Below are positions 20,791-30,011 of a stretch of 64,000 nucleotides of DNA, piece after piece. How positions within the stretch are numbered: position 1 is the stretch's first letter; each line of letters opens with the position of its first letter. The notes beneath the pieces are model-generated. The model did not search any database and had not been told where the DNA came from. It saw only the letters and a list, made by a program, of their open reading frames with translations. Source of the stretch: Planctomycetota bacterium (lineage in GTDB: Bacteria > Planctomycetota > UBA1135 > GCA-002686595). Position numbers and translations under genes: made by a program. The stretch covers positions 5,687 to 69,686 of the forward strand of contig VGYZ01000007.1 of NCBI GenBank assembly GCA_016872795.1, given 5' to 3'.

Positions 20791-22140
20791 ATGCCGTCCC
20801 GCCCCCAAGGTCCCGCCCCGCGCAGCGCCGTGCGGCTGGAGCTCGCGCGCGCGCTGGGACAGTTCGCCCTCGCGCCCCTGCAGCTCGCGGACTACGCCAT
20901 GCGTCGAGCTTCCCTGCGGCTCGAGCTCGCAGCCCTGCTCGAATCCCCCGCACGCATCGACCCCGCCCCAACCCCGCGCGCCCCCGCGCGCAGTTTGCGT
21001 GTGTTCGTGTCCTGCGCCGAGCATTCGGGCCAGATCCATGCGGTCAATGTCACGCGCGCGGTGCAGCGCACCTTGGCGGCAGGGGGGGCACCGAGCGCGA
21101 GCTTCGCGGGCCTCGGCGGAGCTTCGCTCGCGCAAGCCGGCGTCGAGTTGCTCGCCAACCCCGTCGAGCGCGCCATGATGGGGTTCGGTGGCGTGCTGCA
21201 GGCACTGCCGTGGTACTTGAAGCTGCTCGAGAGCTGCGCCGCGCACTTCCGTGACGCGCGCCCCGACGTGGCGATCCTGATCGACTCGCCGGCCCTGCAT
21301 GTGCCGCTCGGTCGCATCGCGCGCCGCTACGGCGTGAAGGTGCTGCACTTCGTCACTCCGCAGCACTGGGCGTGGGCGCCCTGGCGCACGGGAGGCTACG
21401 CGCGCTCGGTCGACCGCGCGCTCACCATCCTGCCCTTCGAGCCCGAGTGGTTCCGACGCCGTGGCGTGGCGGTCGCCCATGTCGGACACCCGCTGCAGGA
21501 TCGCCTCGCGAGCGTGGCGCGCGCCTCCCACCCGAGCGCGTCGCCGTGCCTCGCGCTCCTGCCCGGCAGTCGCGCGCGCGTGATCGAGCTCAACCTGCCT
21601 TGGATGCTCGCCACGGCGCTGCGCGTGCAAGAGCGCGTGCCCGGACTCGCCGTGCGCATCCTGCAGGAGAACGCCGAACACCAAGGGTGCATCGCCGAGA
21701 TCGTCGCGCGTGCGCGTGCCTCCGAGCGTGTCGAGATCGGCGCGGGAGAGATCCACACCTCGCTGCGCGGGGCCAGCGCGGCGCTGTCGGTTTCCGGCAC
21801 GGTGCTGCTCGACCTGCTCCACCATCGCCTCCCCACTGTCAGCATCTACCGCATTTCCAACGCGCGGGACACGCTCGCCTACCGCACGCTGCTCACCGCC
21901 CCGTGGTTCTCGTCGATCAACCTGCTCGCCTCGCGCGAGGTCGTGCCCGAGTACTGCTTTCGCGGCCGGGGGCCGCAGGACGAGGTCGTCGAAGCGCTCG
22001 TGGGCCTGCTCATGGACCCCGAACGGCGCCGAACGGCACTGCGCGGCCTCGAGCTGGCGGCCGAGCGTCTGGGCCCGGCCGGCGCGTGCCAGCGCGCGGC
22101 GCTGCACGCCCTCGAGCTCGCCTGCGAGGCCCCGGCGTGA
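20791..22140 (+). CDS. lpxB: Lipid-A-disaccharide synthase
   Basis: The ORF reads RVFVSCAEHSGQIH...DVAILIDSPALHVPLGR...VLHFVTPQHWAWAPWR...LTILPFEPEWF.., which is LpxB-like. The N-terminus is uncertain (ATG 20791 or 20899). The track ORF extends spuriously upstream to 20125. Confidence 0.85.
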   Translation: MPSRPQGPAPRSAVRLELARALGQFALAPLQLADYAMRRASLRLELAALLESPARIDPAPTPRAPARSLRVFVSCAEHSGQIHAVNVTRAVQRTLAAGGAPSASFAGLGGASLAQAGVELLANPVERAMMGFGGVLQALPWYLKLLESCAAHFRDARPDVAILIDSPALHVPLGRIARRYGVKVLHFVTPQHWAWAPWRTGGYARSVDRALTILPFEPEWFRRRGVAVAHVGHPLQDRLASVARASHPSASPCLALLPGSRARVIELNLPWMLATALRVQERVPGLAVRILQENAEHQGCIAEIVARARASERVEIGAGEIHTSLRGASAALSVSGTVLLDLLHHRLPTVSIYRISNARDTLAYRTLLTAPWFSSINLLASREVVPEYCFRGRGPQDEVVEALVGLLMDPERRRTALRGLELAAERLGPAGACQRAALHALELACEAPA

Positions 22141-22220
22141 GCCGCAACCGCGATGAGTCGCGCGCGAAAAGCGTGCTCGATGTGAAGGCAGCGCCGATCT
22201 GCGCGTATGACCCGACCACC

Positions 22221-22841
22221 ATGCAGGCCGAGACCACCAGCCTGATGCTCGCCGCTCGGGCTGGCGATCGCGAAGCCTTCGACCGGCTGTACAAGTCCGT
22301 GCAAGGCCTCGCCTTTCGGCTCGCGCAGGCGCTGGTGGGTTCGCGGGACGACGCGCTCGACCTCGCGCAGGAAGCGTTGATGCGCACCTACAAGGCCCGC
22401 GAGAGCTTTCGCGAGGGCGAGCACTTCCTGCCGTGGTTCCGGCGCATCCTGCGCAACACCTGCTACTCGTGGCTGCGGCGCCACGGCAAGCTGCGCGCGC
22501 GCAGCAACGACGAGTCCGGCGAGAGTGAGCACGAGCTCGACGACTGGGAGCTCGCCGACCCCGACGCGGACACGCCGCTCGATCCGCTGCTCTCCGAGGA
22601 GCGCGCGCAGGCCCTCCGCCGCGCGCTCGCACGCCTGGGCGCCAATGACCGCGAGATCCTCCTGCTGCGCCACAGCCGCGCCCTCTCGTACAAGGAACTC
22701 GCGCACCTGCTCGCGCTCCCCGAAGGCACGGTGATGTCGCGCCTGTTCTACGCGCGGCGCCGGCTGCGCGCGCAGCTCGGTCCGGAATTCACCGCGGAGC
22801 TGGAAGCCCAAGGAGGTCGCCGTGACGAGCGCAGAGCGTGA
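22221..22841 (+). CDS. ECF-type RNA polymerase sigma factor
   Basis: Region 2 DALDLAQEALMRTYKA...FLPWFRRILRNTCYSWLR, and region 4 REILLLRHSRALSYKELAHLLALPEGTVMSRLFYARRRL. Confidence 0.9.
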   Translation: MQAETTSLMLAARAGDREAFDRLYKSVQGLAFRLAQALVGSRDDALDLAQEALMRTYKARESFREGEHFLPWFRRILRNTCYSWLRRHGKLRARSNDESGESEHELDDWELADPDADTPLDPLLSEERAQALRRALARLGANDREILLLRHSRALSYKELAHLLALPEGTVMSRLFYARRRLRAQLGPEFTAELEAQGGRRDERRA

Positions 22842-23268
22842 ACCCACTCGCGAGGAGCTGCTGGCGATGGCCTACGCCGACGGCGAGCTCGCCCCCGACG
22901 AGCGCGCGGAGTTCGAGCAGCTGCTCGCGACGCGCGAGGACCTGCGACGCGCGGTGGCGCGCGAGCGGGAGCTCGACCTCGTCGCACGCAGCGCCGCCGG
23001 ACCGGAACCCATGGACGCCGAGTGGGCCGCGCTCGGGCAGGACTTCGCCCATCGCTCCGGACTCGGGGTCGGGCTGGCGCTCGTGCTCGGCGGCATCGCG
23101 CTCGGGCTCGGATCCCTGCTGTACTTGCTGTGGAGCGCGAGCTTGCCCCTTGCGGCTTCGGTGGCCGTCACGGCCCTCATGCTGGGCGGTTGCGTGCTGC
23201 TCCTGCGCGCTCTGCGGGCGCGAGTGCGCACGCGCCGCTACGATCCCTATCGCGAGGTTCGCCGATGA
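22822..23268 (+). CDS. Putative membrane anti-sigma factor (two TM segments, minimal extracytoplasmic part)
   Basis: It overlaps the sigma gene by 20 nt. The N-terminus ELLAMAYADGELAPDERAEFEQLLA is typical of anti-sigma N-domains and is followed by two hydrophobic helices. The start is a GTG. Confidence 0.7.
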   Translation: MTSAEREPTREELLAMAYADGELAPDERAEFEQLLATREDLRRAVARERELDLVARSAAGPEPMDAEWAALGQDFAHRSGLGVGLALVLGGIALGLGSLLYLLWSASLPLAASVAVTALMLGGCVLLLRALRARVRTRRYDPYREVRR

Positions 23269-23579
23269 TCGTCGTCACCACCGATACCGTGCCGGGCCGC
23301 CACATCGTCGCGACGATCGGCTTGGTCCGCGGCAGCTCGGTGCGAGCCGCTCACGCCGGCGACGATGTCACGGCGTACTTCAAGAACTTGGTCGGCGGCG
23401 AAGTCGAGGAGTACACCAAGCTGCTCGCCGAAAGCCGCGAACAGGCGCTCGATCGCATGCTCGCGGAAGCCGCAGCGCGCGGAGCAAACGCGGTCGTCGG
23501 GGTGCGCTTCGTGACCTGCGAGATCGCCGGTGGATGCGCGGAGATGCTCACCTACGGAACGGCCGTGAAGCTCGGGTGA
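23265..23579 (+). CDS. YbjQ/UPF0145-family protein
   Basis: 104 aa reading MIVVTTDTVPGRHIVATIGLVRGSSV...NAVVGVRF...YGTAVKL. ATGA overlap with the anti-sigma stop. Confidence 0.85.
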   Translation: MIVVTTDTVPGRHIVATIGLVRGSSVRAAHAGDDVTAYFKNLVGGEVEEYTKLLAESREQALDRMLAEAAARGANAVVGVRFVTCEIAGGCAEMLTYGTAVKLG

Positions 23580-23588
23580 GCGCGGCGC

Positions 23589-24260
23589 TCAACGCACGAC
23601 GCGCACTTCGTCGAGCGACTTGCGCGGCAGGTTGGGAACGCGGCAGCCCTCGGCGGGATAGCCGACCGGGATGAGCATGAACGCGCGCTCGTTGGCCGGG
23701 CGCTGCAGGAGTCGCTCGAGGAACTGCATCGGGGCGGGCGTGTGCGTCAGGGTCGCGATCCCCGCGTGGTGCAGCGCGGCCAGCAGGAAACCGACCGCGA
23801 TGCCGACGGACTCCTGCGTGTAGTAGTGCGCCATGCGCCGGTCGCCTTCGACGCCGTGGGTCTGGCGGAAGACCACGATCAACGCGGGAGCTTCCTCGAC
23901 ATACGGCTTCTCCCAGCTCGTGCCGATCGGGCGCAGATCCTCGCGCCACTGAGCGCTGATGCGCTCCGCGTAAAAGCGCCGCTCCTCCTCCTCGACAGCG
24001 TGGCGCAGCAGCTGTCGCGTGGCCGGGTCTTTCACGACGACGAAGGACCACGGCTGCTTGTTCGCGCCCGAGGGCGCGCTCGCGGCGGCCGCGATGCACA
24101 GGTCGAGCACGCCGTCGGGAAGCGGGTCCGAGGAGAAATGCCGCACGCTGCGGCGCGTGACGAGCTCGGCACAAAACTCCCGCGCGCGCCGCAGGGCCTC
24201 TTCCGGAGCGAGGCGTACATGCAGCAGGGGCACGAAACCGGAGTGAGAATCACTCATCAC
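23589..24260 (-). CDS. Nitroreductase-family flavoprotein
   Basis: The ORF reads RRSVRHFSSDPLP...APSGANKQPWSFVVV..., a nitroreductase fold signature. Confidence 0.8.
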   Translation of the reverse strand: MMSDSHSGFVPLLHVRLAPEEALRRAREFCAELVTRRSVRHFSSDPLPDGVLDLCIAAAASAPSGANKQPWSFVVVKDPATRQLLRHAVEEEERRFYAERISAQWREDLRPIGTSWEKPYVEEAPALIVVFRQTHGVEGDRRMAHYYTQESVGIAVGFLLAALHHAGIATLTHTPAPMQFLERLLQRPANERAFMLIPVGYPAEGCRVPNLPRKSLDEVRVVR

Positions 24261-24390
24261 GGGGCGTCTTTGGCCTGCCTAGGGTACAAGTTGAACCCCA
24301 AGCCGTCCTCCTGCGTTGCAGGAGCTGCCCCGAAGGCGCTACGAAGCCGTCCGAGGAGCGAGCCCCCAGCCAGCGCCCCGACACACGCCG

Positions 24391-26187
24391 ATGAACATGA
24401 CGCGCGCCATCGCCTTCTCCCCGCTCGCCCTCGCCGCGAGCCTCGCCCTGCTTGCATTCGTGAGCGAGCACGCCTCGGCTCAGTCCGCGGGTGCGCCGCC
24501 GGTTGCCGCTGCGGAAGAGGAGCTCAACCTCGCCGATCCGATCCGCGCCGGCGTGCGCTGGCTGCGGACGCGACAGGACCCGGTCACGGGTGCCTACGGC
24601 GACCTCTCCACGACCGCGCTGGTGCTGCGCGCCTACGCCACATGCCCAGATCGCTACCGTGCGGTCGATGGACCGTTCGTGCGGCGCGGCATCGAGTTCC
24701 TGCTCTCCAAGCAGGGTGAGGACGGCCTGTTCGCCGAGAGCGCGACGGCCACGCCGCAGGAGCGCACGGCGCAAACGCGCGTGGTGCTCGTAGCCCTCGT
24801 CGCGCTCGGCGATCCGAGCTCGAAGGCCGCGCTCGGCAAGGCGCTCGCCGCCGTGGGAGGCGAGGCGGCCGCGAGCCGCGACCCGCGCATTCCCGCCGAT
24901 CCCACAGTGAAAGACCTGCGGCGCGTGGCGCAGACCGTGCTCGCCGGACAGACCGCGCCGGGCCGTTGGGAGCGAGTGCCGGAGTTGTCCGTGCTGATGA
25001 CGGCCTCCAATGTGATCACGCTCGCGGAGCTCGACCGACTGCTCAAGCGCGCGAGCCCCGCCGCGGCCGCGCCCGCACCGAATCTCGCGGCCCTGCCGAG
25101 CTTCGCGCCGATCGAGCGCGACAACGCGCTCTCCGCGCTGCGCCGCGGCGCTGAGTTCCTCGCGGCCGCTGGGCCGGACGGTCGCTTCGGCGCCCCCGGT
25201 CGACCGGACAGCGGCCTTTCGTCCATGGTGCTCGCGGCCCTGCAGGGCGTTCCGACGCCGCGCCCCGAAGGGCTGCAGCGCTGCATCGACTCCGGCCTCG
25301 AGTGGATCGCGTCTCTGCAGAAGCCCGATGGCTCGATCCACGACGGCAAGCTCGCCAACTACAACACCTCCGCCGCCATCCTCGCGCTCTCGCGCGCGAA
25401 GCACGCGCGCTTTGCCGAGACGCTCCGCAAGGCGCAGGCGTTCCTCGTCCAGCTGCAGCTCGACGACGGCGAAGGCTACAGCGAGGGCGATCTCTACTAC
25501 GGCGGCATCGGCTACGGATCGACCGAGCGGCCGGATCTCTCGAACCTCCAGATGGCGCTCGAGGCGCTCGCGGCGTCGGGGCTCGAGCCGAACGCACCGA
25601 CCTACAAGAAGGCGCTGAAGTTCCTCGAGCGCTGCCAGAACCGCTCGGAGTCGAGCGATGTGCGCATCCAAGACGGCGATGTGCTCGTGCGCGCCGGGAA
25701 TGACGGCGGCTCGGCCTACGCGCCAGGTGACTCGAAGGCTGGCTTCGAGGAGCTCGAAGGTGGCGTCAAGGTGCCACGCTCCTACGGCTCGATGACCTAC
25801 GCGCTCTTGAAGAGCCTGCTGCACGCAGGCCTCGCCAAGGACGATCCGCGCGTGATCGCTGCTGTGGCGTGGGTGCAGAAGCACTACACGCTCGACGTCA
25901 ATCCCGGCTTCCCGCCGAGCCGCGATCCGACCGCGCCGTACCAGGGGCTCTTCTACTACTTCCACACCATGGCGCAGGCACTCTCGCTGGTCGAGCTCGA
26001 GGAACTCGTCGACGAGAGCGGCAAGCCGCACGCGTGGCGCCGCGAGCTGTGCGGCCGCATCGTCTCGATGCAGAGCAAGGTGGACGGTTCGTGGACCAAC
26101 GCCAACAGCCCGCGCTGGATGGAAGGCAATCCCCTGCTCGGCACGGCCTACGCGCTGCTGACCCTCGACGCGGCCCTGCCGCGCTAG
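24391..26187 (+). CDS. Secreted prenyltransferase/squalene-oxidase-repeat (terpenoid-cyclase-like alpha/alpha toroid) protein
   Basis: Signal peptide MNMTRAIAFSPLALAASLALLAF...ASA. There are repeated ..L..Q..DG.. units, for example WLRTRQDPVTGAYG, FLLSKQGEDGLF, WIASLQKPDGSI, FLVQLQLDDGEG and IVSMQSKVDGSW. Confidence 0.7.
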   Translation: MNMTRAIAFSPLALAASLALLAFVSEHASAQSAGAPPVAAAEEELNLADPIRAGVRWLRTRQDPVTGAYGDLSTTALVLRAYATCPDRYRAVDGPFVRRGIEFLLSKQGEDGLFAESATATPQERTAQTRVVLVALVALGDPSSKAALGKALAAVGGEAAASRDPRIPADPTVKDLRRVAQTVLAGQTAPGRWERVPELSVLMTASNVITLAELDRLLKRASPAAAAPAPNLAALPSFAPIERDNALSALRRGAEFLAAAGPDGRFGAPGRPDSGLSSMVLAALQGVPTPRPEGLQRCIDSGLEWIASLQKPDGSIHDGKLANYNTSAAILALSRAKHARFAETLRKAQAFLVQLQLDDGEGYSEGDLYYGGIGYGSTERPDLSNLQMALEALAASGLEPNAPTYKKALKFLERCQNRSESSDVRIQDGDVLVRAGNDGGSAYAPGDSKAGFEELEGGVKVPRSYGSMTYALLKSLLHAGLAKDDPRVIAAVAWVQKHYTLDVNPGFPPSRDPTAPYQGLFYYFHTMAQALSLVELEELVDESGKPHAWRRELCGRIVSMQSKVDGSWTNANSPRWMEGNPLLGTAYALLTLDAALPR

Positions 26188-26207
26188 AACACCGCTAGAG
26201 TGCGCCC

Positions 26208-27098
26208 ATGCAGCGCATCTACCGCACGCCCGCCCGCGACGCCGATCCTTCCAGCCCGCGGCTCGTGCTCGAAGTCGACGGGCGCGCGCTGTGCTTGAGC
26301 GACTGGCTGGCGGATGTTGCTCCGCTCGCGCCACGCACGGTGGTCGACCTTGCGGCCCACGGCTTCTTCGAGCGGGCATCGCTCGAAAATGCGCTGCGGC
26401 GCGGGCGCTGGCGCGAGCTCCCGACGCCGCCTGCCCTGCTCGTGCCCGTAGAGCCCGAGCGCGTCGGCAAGCTGCTCGCGCTGGGCAAGAACTTCCGCGA
26501 GCACGCGGCCGAGTTCGGCGAGGCCGTGCCCGAAGAGCCGCTGTTCTTCAACAAGCTGCCCGAGACGCTGCGCGCCCACGGAGAGCGCGTGCGCGTGCCG
26601 TCGTGGTACACCGCGCGCGTCGATCACGAAGCCGAGCTCGCCGTCGTGATCGGCAAGCAGGGCTGGGAGATCGACGAGGCGCGCGCCATGGAGCATGTCG
26701 CCGGCTACAGCGTTGCGAATGACCTGACGGCGCGCACGCTGCAAAAGTCCGATCGCGAGCTCAAGTATCCGTGGTTCCGCGCCAAGAACCTCGAGGGCTT
26801 CTGTCCGCTCGGGCCGTGCTTCGTGCCGCGCGACGCGCTCGACATCTCCGACCTCGCCGTCACCGCGCGCGTGCGCCATCGCGACGGCTCGAGCGAGGAA
26901 CGCCAGCGCGCGAGCACGCGCGACCTGATCGTGTCGGTGCCGCAGGCGCTCGCGTGGCTCTCCCGTCACCTCACCTTGCGCGTCGGCGACATCGTGCTGA
27001 TGGGCACGCCGGCCGGAGTCGGCCCGCTCGTCGACGGCGATGTCGTCACCTGCGCCGTCGAAGGCATCGGAGAGCTCGCGACTCCGATCGAGCGCTAG
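26208..27098 (+). CDS. Fumarylacetoacetate hydrolase (FAH) family protein
   Basis: The ORF reads KLLALGKNFREHAAEFG..., DHEAELAVVIGK, NDLTAR...W.RAKN..GFCPLGP and GDIVLMGTPAGVGPL. Confidence 0.88.
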   Translation: MQRIYRTPARDADPSSPRLVLEVDGRALCLSDWLADVAPLAPRTVVDLAAHGFFERASLENALRRGRWRELPTPPALLVPVEPERVGKLLALGKNFREHAAEFGEAVPEEPLFFNKLPETLRAHGERVRVPSWYTARVDHEAELAVVIGKQGWEIDEARAMEHVAGYSVANDLTARTLQKSDRELKYPWFRAKNLEGFCPLGPCFVPRDALDISDLAVTARVRHRDGSSEERQRASTRDLIVSVPQALAWLSRHLTLRVGDIVLMGTPAGVGPLVDGDVVTCAVEGIGELATPIER

Positions 27099-27649
27099 AC
27101 CGCCGCGACCAACGACTGCAGCACGCGGTAGGTCATGCCCCACACGATGTCGTTCCCAAGGCGATAGCAGGGCATCGTGCGCAGCTCGCCTTGGTGCAAG
27201 ACCTCGGTCGTGGAATTGGCGTGCACGAGCAGGTCGAGTCGCGCCCAGCGGGCGCTGTGGACCTCGGGCCCCGGAGCGAGCTCCGGTCGCGCGTCGAGCG
27301 CGAACACATAGGCCCGCACCGCCATGGGCCGGATCACGGGCCGCAGCTCGTCGAGCGCGCCGAGCGGCCGCGCCGCGCCCAAGTCGAAGCCCAGCTCCTC
27401 GCGGGTCTCGCGGATCGCCGTGTGGAGCAGGTCGCGGTCGAGGTCCTCGCGATGTCCGCCCGGCAGCCCCATCTGCCCCGACCACGGATCGCCCGCCCGC
27501 TCCGCGCGGCGAATCAGAAGCACTTCGAGGCTCGCGTCCGCCGGCACACACACGACCGCCACCGCGGCCTGACGCAAACTTTCATCCGGATCCGCAAGCG
27601 CGGGACGCGCGCCGAAGAGCCGCTGGAGCGATGCGAAGGCAGGGTGCAC
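27095..27649 (-). CDS. NUDIX hydrolase (CoA pyrophosphatase-like)
   Basis: Nudix box LPGGHREDLDRDLLHTAIRETREELGF. Overlaps the FAH gene stop by 4 nt in convergent orientation. Confidence 0.82.
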   Translation of the reverse strand: MHPAFASLQRLFGARPALADPDESLRQAAVAVVCVPADASLEVLLIRRAERAGDPWSGQMGLPGGHREDLDRDLLHTAIRETREELGFDLGAARPLGALDELRPVIRPMAVRAYVFALDARPELAPGPEVHSARWARLDLLVHANSTTEVLHQGELRTMPCYRLGNDIVWGMTYRVLQSLVAAV

Positions 27650-27729
27650 GGCGTGGAAGAGAGTAGCGCCGCCGCGGCGTCCCCACAGGGAGAGCGCCGC
27701 GGCGGATGCAGCATGCGAGGCTCCGCGCG

Positions 27730-28377
27730 CTACTCGAGGAAGCGCTGGGTGGCGAGCAGCAGTCCGGAGCGCGCCACGGGCCGCTTCGCCAAGGTGGAGC
27801 TCACTCCCGCCGGTTTGCGGACCGGAGCCACGAACTTGCCCGCGTCGAGGCCTCCCGGGCAGATCCCGAAGGCTCCTGGCGGCTCGACCTCGAGCGCGGG
27901 CAGCGGCCCGACAGAGAGCGCGGCGGAGCTCGACGCGCGGGTCGCGGGCTCGATTGCGAGCGGCTGCAGCACGCCCGAGAGCTCACCCACCTTGACCGTC
28001 GCCGGCAGGCCGAGGAAGCCGAGGTCGAGCCGCACGCCGGCGCTGAAGTACAGGCGCCCGTCGATGCCGCGCGAGTAGGCTCCTTCGAGCTGGTACTCGA
28101 GGGCCGGCAGAACCTGCGGCGACGCGTGCACTTGCGTGAGCGAGCCGGCGATCAAGCCGCCCTCCGCCGAGCCGCGCAGGGCCGCGCTCAGCGCGTGCGT
28201 CGCCGCGCCCGCGGCATCCTGCACCTCCCCGCGCAGGGCGACCGATGTCGCGCTGTTCGCCATCCACATGCCCGCGACCGGCGCGACCACATCGCGCGGC
28301 GCGGCCGTGGCGAAGGTCGGAAGCGAGGCGAGGAACAGCGGAGCGAGCAAGGAACGCAGTTGCAGGGCGAGGGTCAT
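27730..28377 (-). CDS. Hypothetical secreted protein
   Basis: Signal-like MTLALQLRSLLAPLFLASLPTFATA. I recognise no family. Confidence 0.5.
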   Translation of the reverse strand: MTLALQLRSLLAPLFLASLPTFATAAPRDVVAPVAGMWMANSATSVALRGEVQDAAGAATHALSAALRGSAEGGLIAGSLTQVHASPQVLPALEYQLEGAYSRGIDGRLYFSAGVRLDLGFLGLPATVKVGELSGVLQPLAIEPATRASSSAALSVGPLPALEVEPPGAFGICPGGLDAGKFVAPVRKPAGVSSTLAKRPVARSGLLLATQRFLE

Positions 28378-28519
28378 CGGACTTCTCCGTCAGGCGTTTC
28401 TCCTCTCGCGGTCCAGCGACTTGCCGCAGTCCCTGCAGCTCGCGAGTGACGGAGCAAGCCAAACCGCGCCGCGAACCGATCGCGCCCCGCGCAACTTTCT
28501 CCGCCGCGGGTTCCGACCC

Positions 28520-29248
28520 CTAGAGCAGCCAGCCGCCTGCGACCTCGAGCACCGTGCCCGTCATGTAGCCCGACGCCGGAGAGCAGAGGAACGCGACCGC
28601 ATCCGCGACTTCGCGCGGCTCGCCGGGACGCCCCATCGGCACGTGCTGCCACAGCGCAGGGTCGAGCGTGTCCGCGGACGCGTGCTCGTGCGGAACGACC
28701 CCGGGCGCGACGACATTCACGCGCACGCCGTGCGGAGCCTCCTCCAGCGCCCACGAGCGCGCGAGCACCAGCAACGCCGACTTCGCCGCCATGTAGGCCG
28801 CGGCTTGGCGCCGGGCGCGCGTCGTCTCGACCCCGGCGCAGGCGAACAGCACCACGCTGCCGCGCGACGCGCGCAGCGCCGTGCGCAGCGCCTCGATGCC
28901 GAGGAACGCGCTCTCGACATTGTTCGAGAAGAGCCGCCGGAGGTCCGCCGCGCTGGTGCCGTGGAGCGGCGCGCGCACATATTCGCCCACCGCGTGCACG
29001 AGGTGGTCGAGCCGCCCTTCGCTCGCGAGCACCGCCTCCGCGACGCGCCGCCAGTCCTCGGGCCGCTCGAGATCGGCCGCATGCACGCGACCGGGAAACT
29101 CGCGCTCGAGCGCCGCGCTCTCCACCGTCTTCGTGCGGAATGTGACATGCACGCGGACGCCCTCGGACGCCAGCCGCCGCGCGGCCGCGAGACCGAGCCC
29201 GCGCGCACTGCCGGTGACGAGCGCCACGCGCTGCAGCGAGTTCGACAT
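28520..29248 (-). CDS. Short-chain dehydrogenase/reductase (SDR)
   Basis: The ORF reads VALVTGSARGLGLAAARRL, then YMAAKSAL (YxxxK), then PGVV. Confidence 0.88.
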   Translation of the reverse strand: MSNSLQRVALVTGSARGLGLAAARRLASEGVRVHVTFRTKTVESAALEREFPGRVHAADLERPEDWRRVAEAVLASEGRLDHLVHAVGEYVRAPLHGTSAADLRRLFSNNVESAFLGIEALRTALRASRGSVVLFACAGVETTRARRQAAAYMAAKSALLVLARSWALEEAPHGVRVNVVAPGVVPHEHASADTLDPALWQHVPMGRPGEPREVADAVAFLCSPASGYMTGTVLEVAGGWLL

Positions 29249-29293
29249 GCCCGGACTCTACCAGCCCCGCACGACGCGCGGGCCCCGCGAGTC

Positions 29294-29926
29294 CTAGCCT
29301 TCGTCGATCGCGCCGAGCCGCTGCAGCGGCCACACACGGACCTCGACCCGGCCGCGGATGTAGTCCTGCGGCACGAGCCCGAAGTCTCGCGAATCGCAGG
29401 AACGCGGACGATTGTCGCCGAGCACGAAGAAGTGCGCCGGCTTCACATGCACCCGCACGCGCGCGAACGGATCGGACTGCACGACATACGGTTCGTCCAT
29501 GCGCTCGCCATTGACCCACACCTCGCCGTCCTCGAGCACGACATCGTCGCCGGGCAGGCCCACGATGCGCTTGATGTAGTCGACCGACGGATCGAGCGGG
29601 TACTTGAGCACGACGATGTCGCCGCGGCGCACCTCGCCGAACATGTAGCTCAAGTGGTCGATCAGGATGCGATCGCCGTCGTGGATGCGAGGGGCCATCG
29701 AGCTGCCGCGCACGATGGACAGATTGAAGACACACAGGTAGCCGACGAGCGCGAGCAGCGTCCCTTGCAGCGTCCACATCCACCAGCCCGGGCCGCGGCG
29801 GCGCTGGCCTGACGGCGGCGTCCCGGCCGGACCCGAGTCGAGCTCGCTCGGCCCATGGCGCGGCGGAGCGCAGGCTTCGTCGAGCGGTTCCAGCAAGGGT
29901 GAGCGGTGGTCCGGCACAAAACGCAC
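29294..29926 (-). CDS. lepB: Signal peptidase I
   Basis: The ORF reads VRGSSMAPRIHDGD, then GDIVVLKYP...YIKRIVGLPGD, then FVLGDNRPRSCDSRDFG. Start is uncertain (GTG 29926, ATG 30013 or ATG 30058). The longer versions would overlap the divergent gene that starts at 30012. Confidence 0.85.
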   Translation of the reverse strand: MRFVPDHRSPLLEPLDEACAPPRHGPSELDSGPAGTPPSGQRRRGPGWWMWTLQGTLLALVGYLCVFNLSIVRGSSMAPRIHDGDRILIDHLSYMFGEVRRGDIVVLKYPLDPSVDYIKRIVGLPGDDVVLEDGEVWVNGERMDEPYVVQSDPFARVRVHVKPAHFFVLGDNRPRSCDSRDFGLVPQDYIRGRVEVRVWPLQRLGAIDEG

Positions 29927-30011
29927 CTTCGGCGGCCCGCGAGCGCCCTCTGAAAGGAAAGTCGCCTGAGCGCGGACTCGCGGCCGGGCGCCCTGCGCTA
30001 GCTTCTGCACC

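Noticed and set aside
22181-22212. ECF-type autoregulated promoter (GTGAAGG-N16-CGTAT) just upstream of the ECF sigma gene
   Set aside because: The -35 reads GAAG rather than GAAC, and the element would leave almost no 5' UTR. The match is too weak without a transcription start site.
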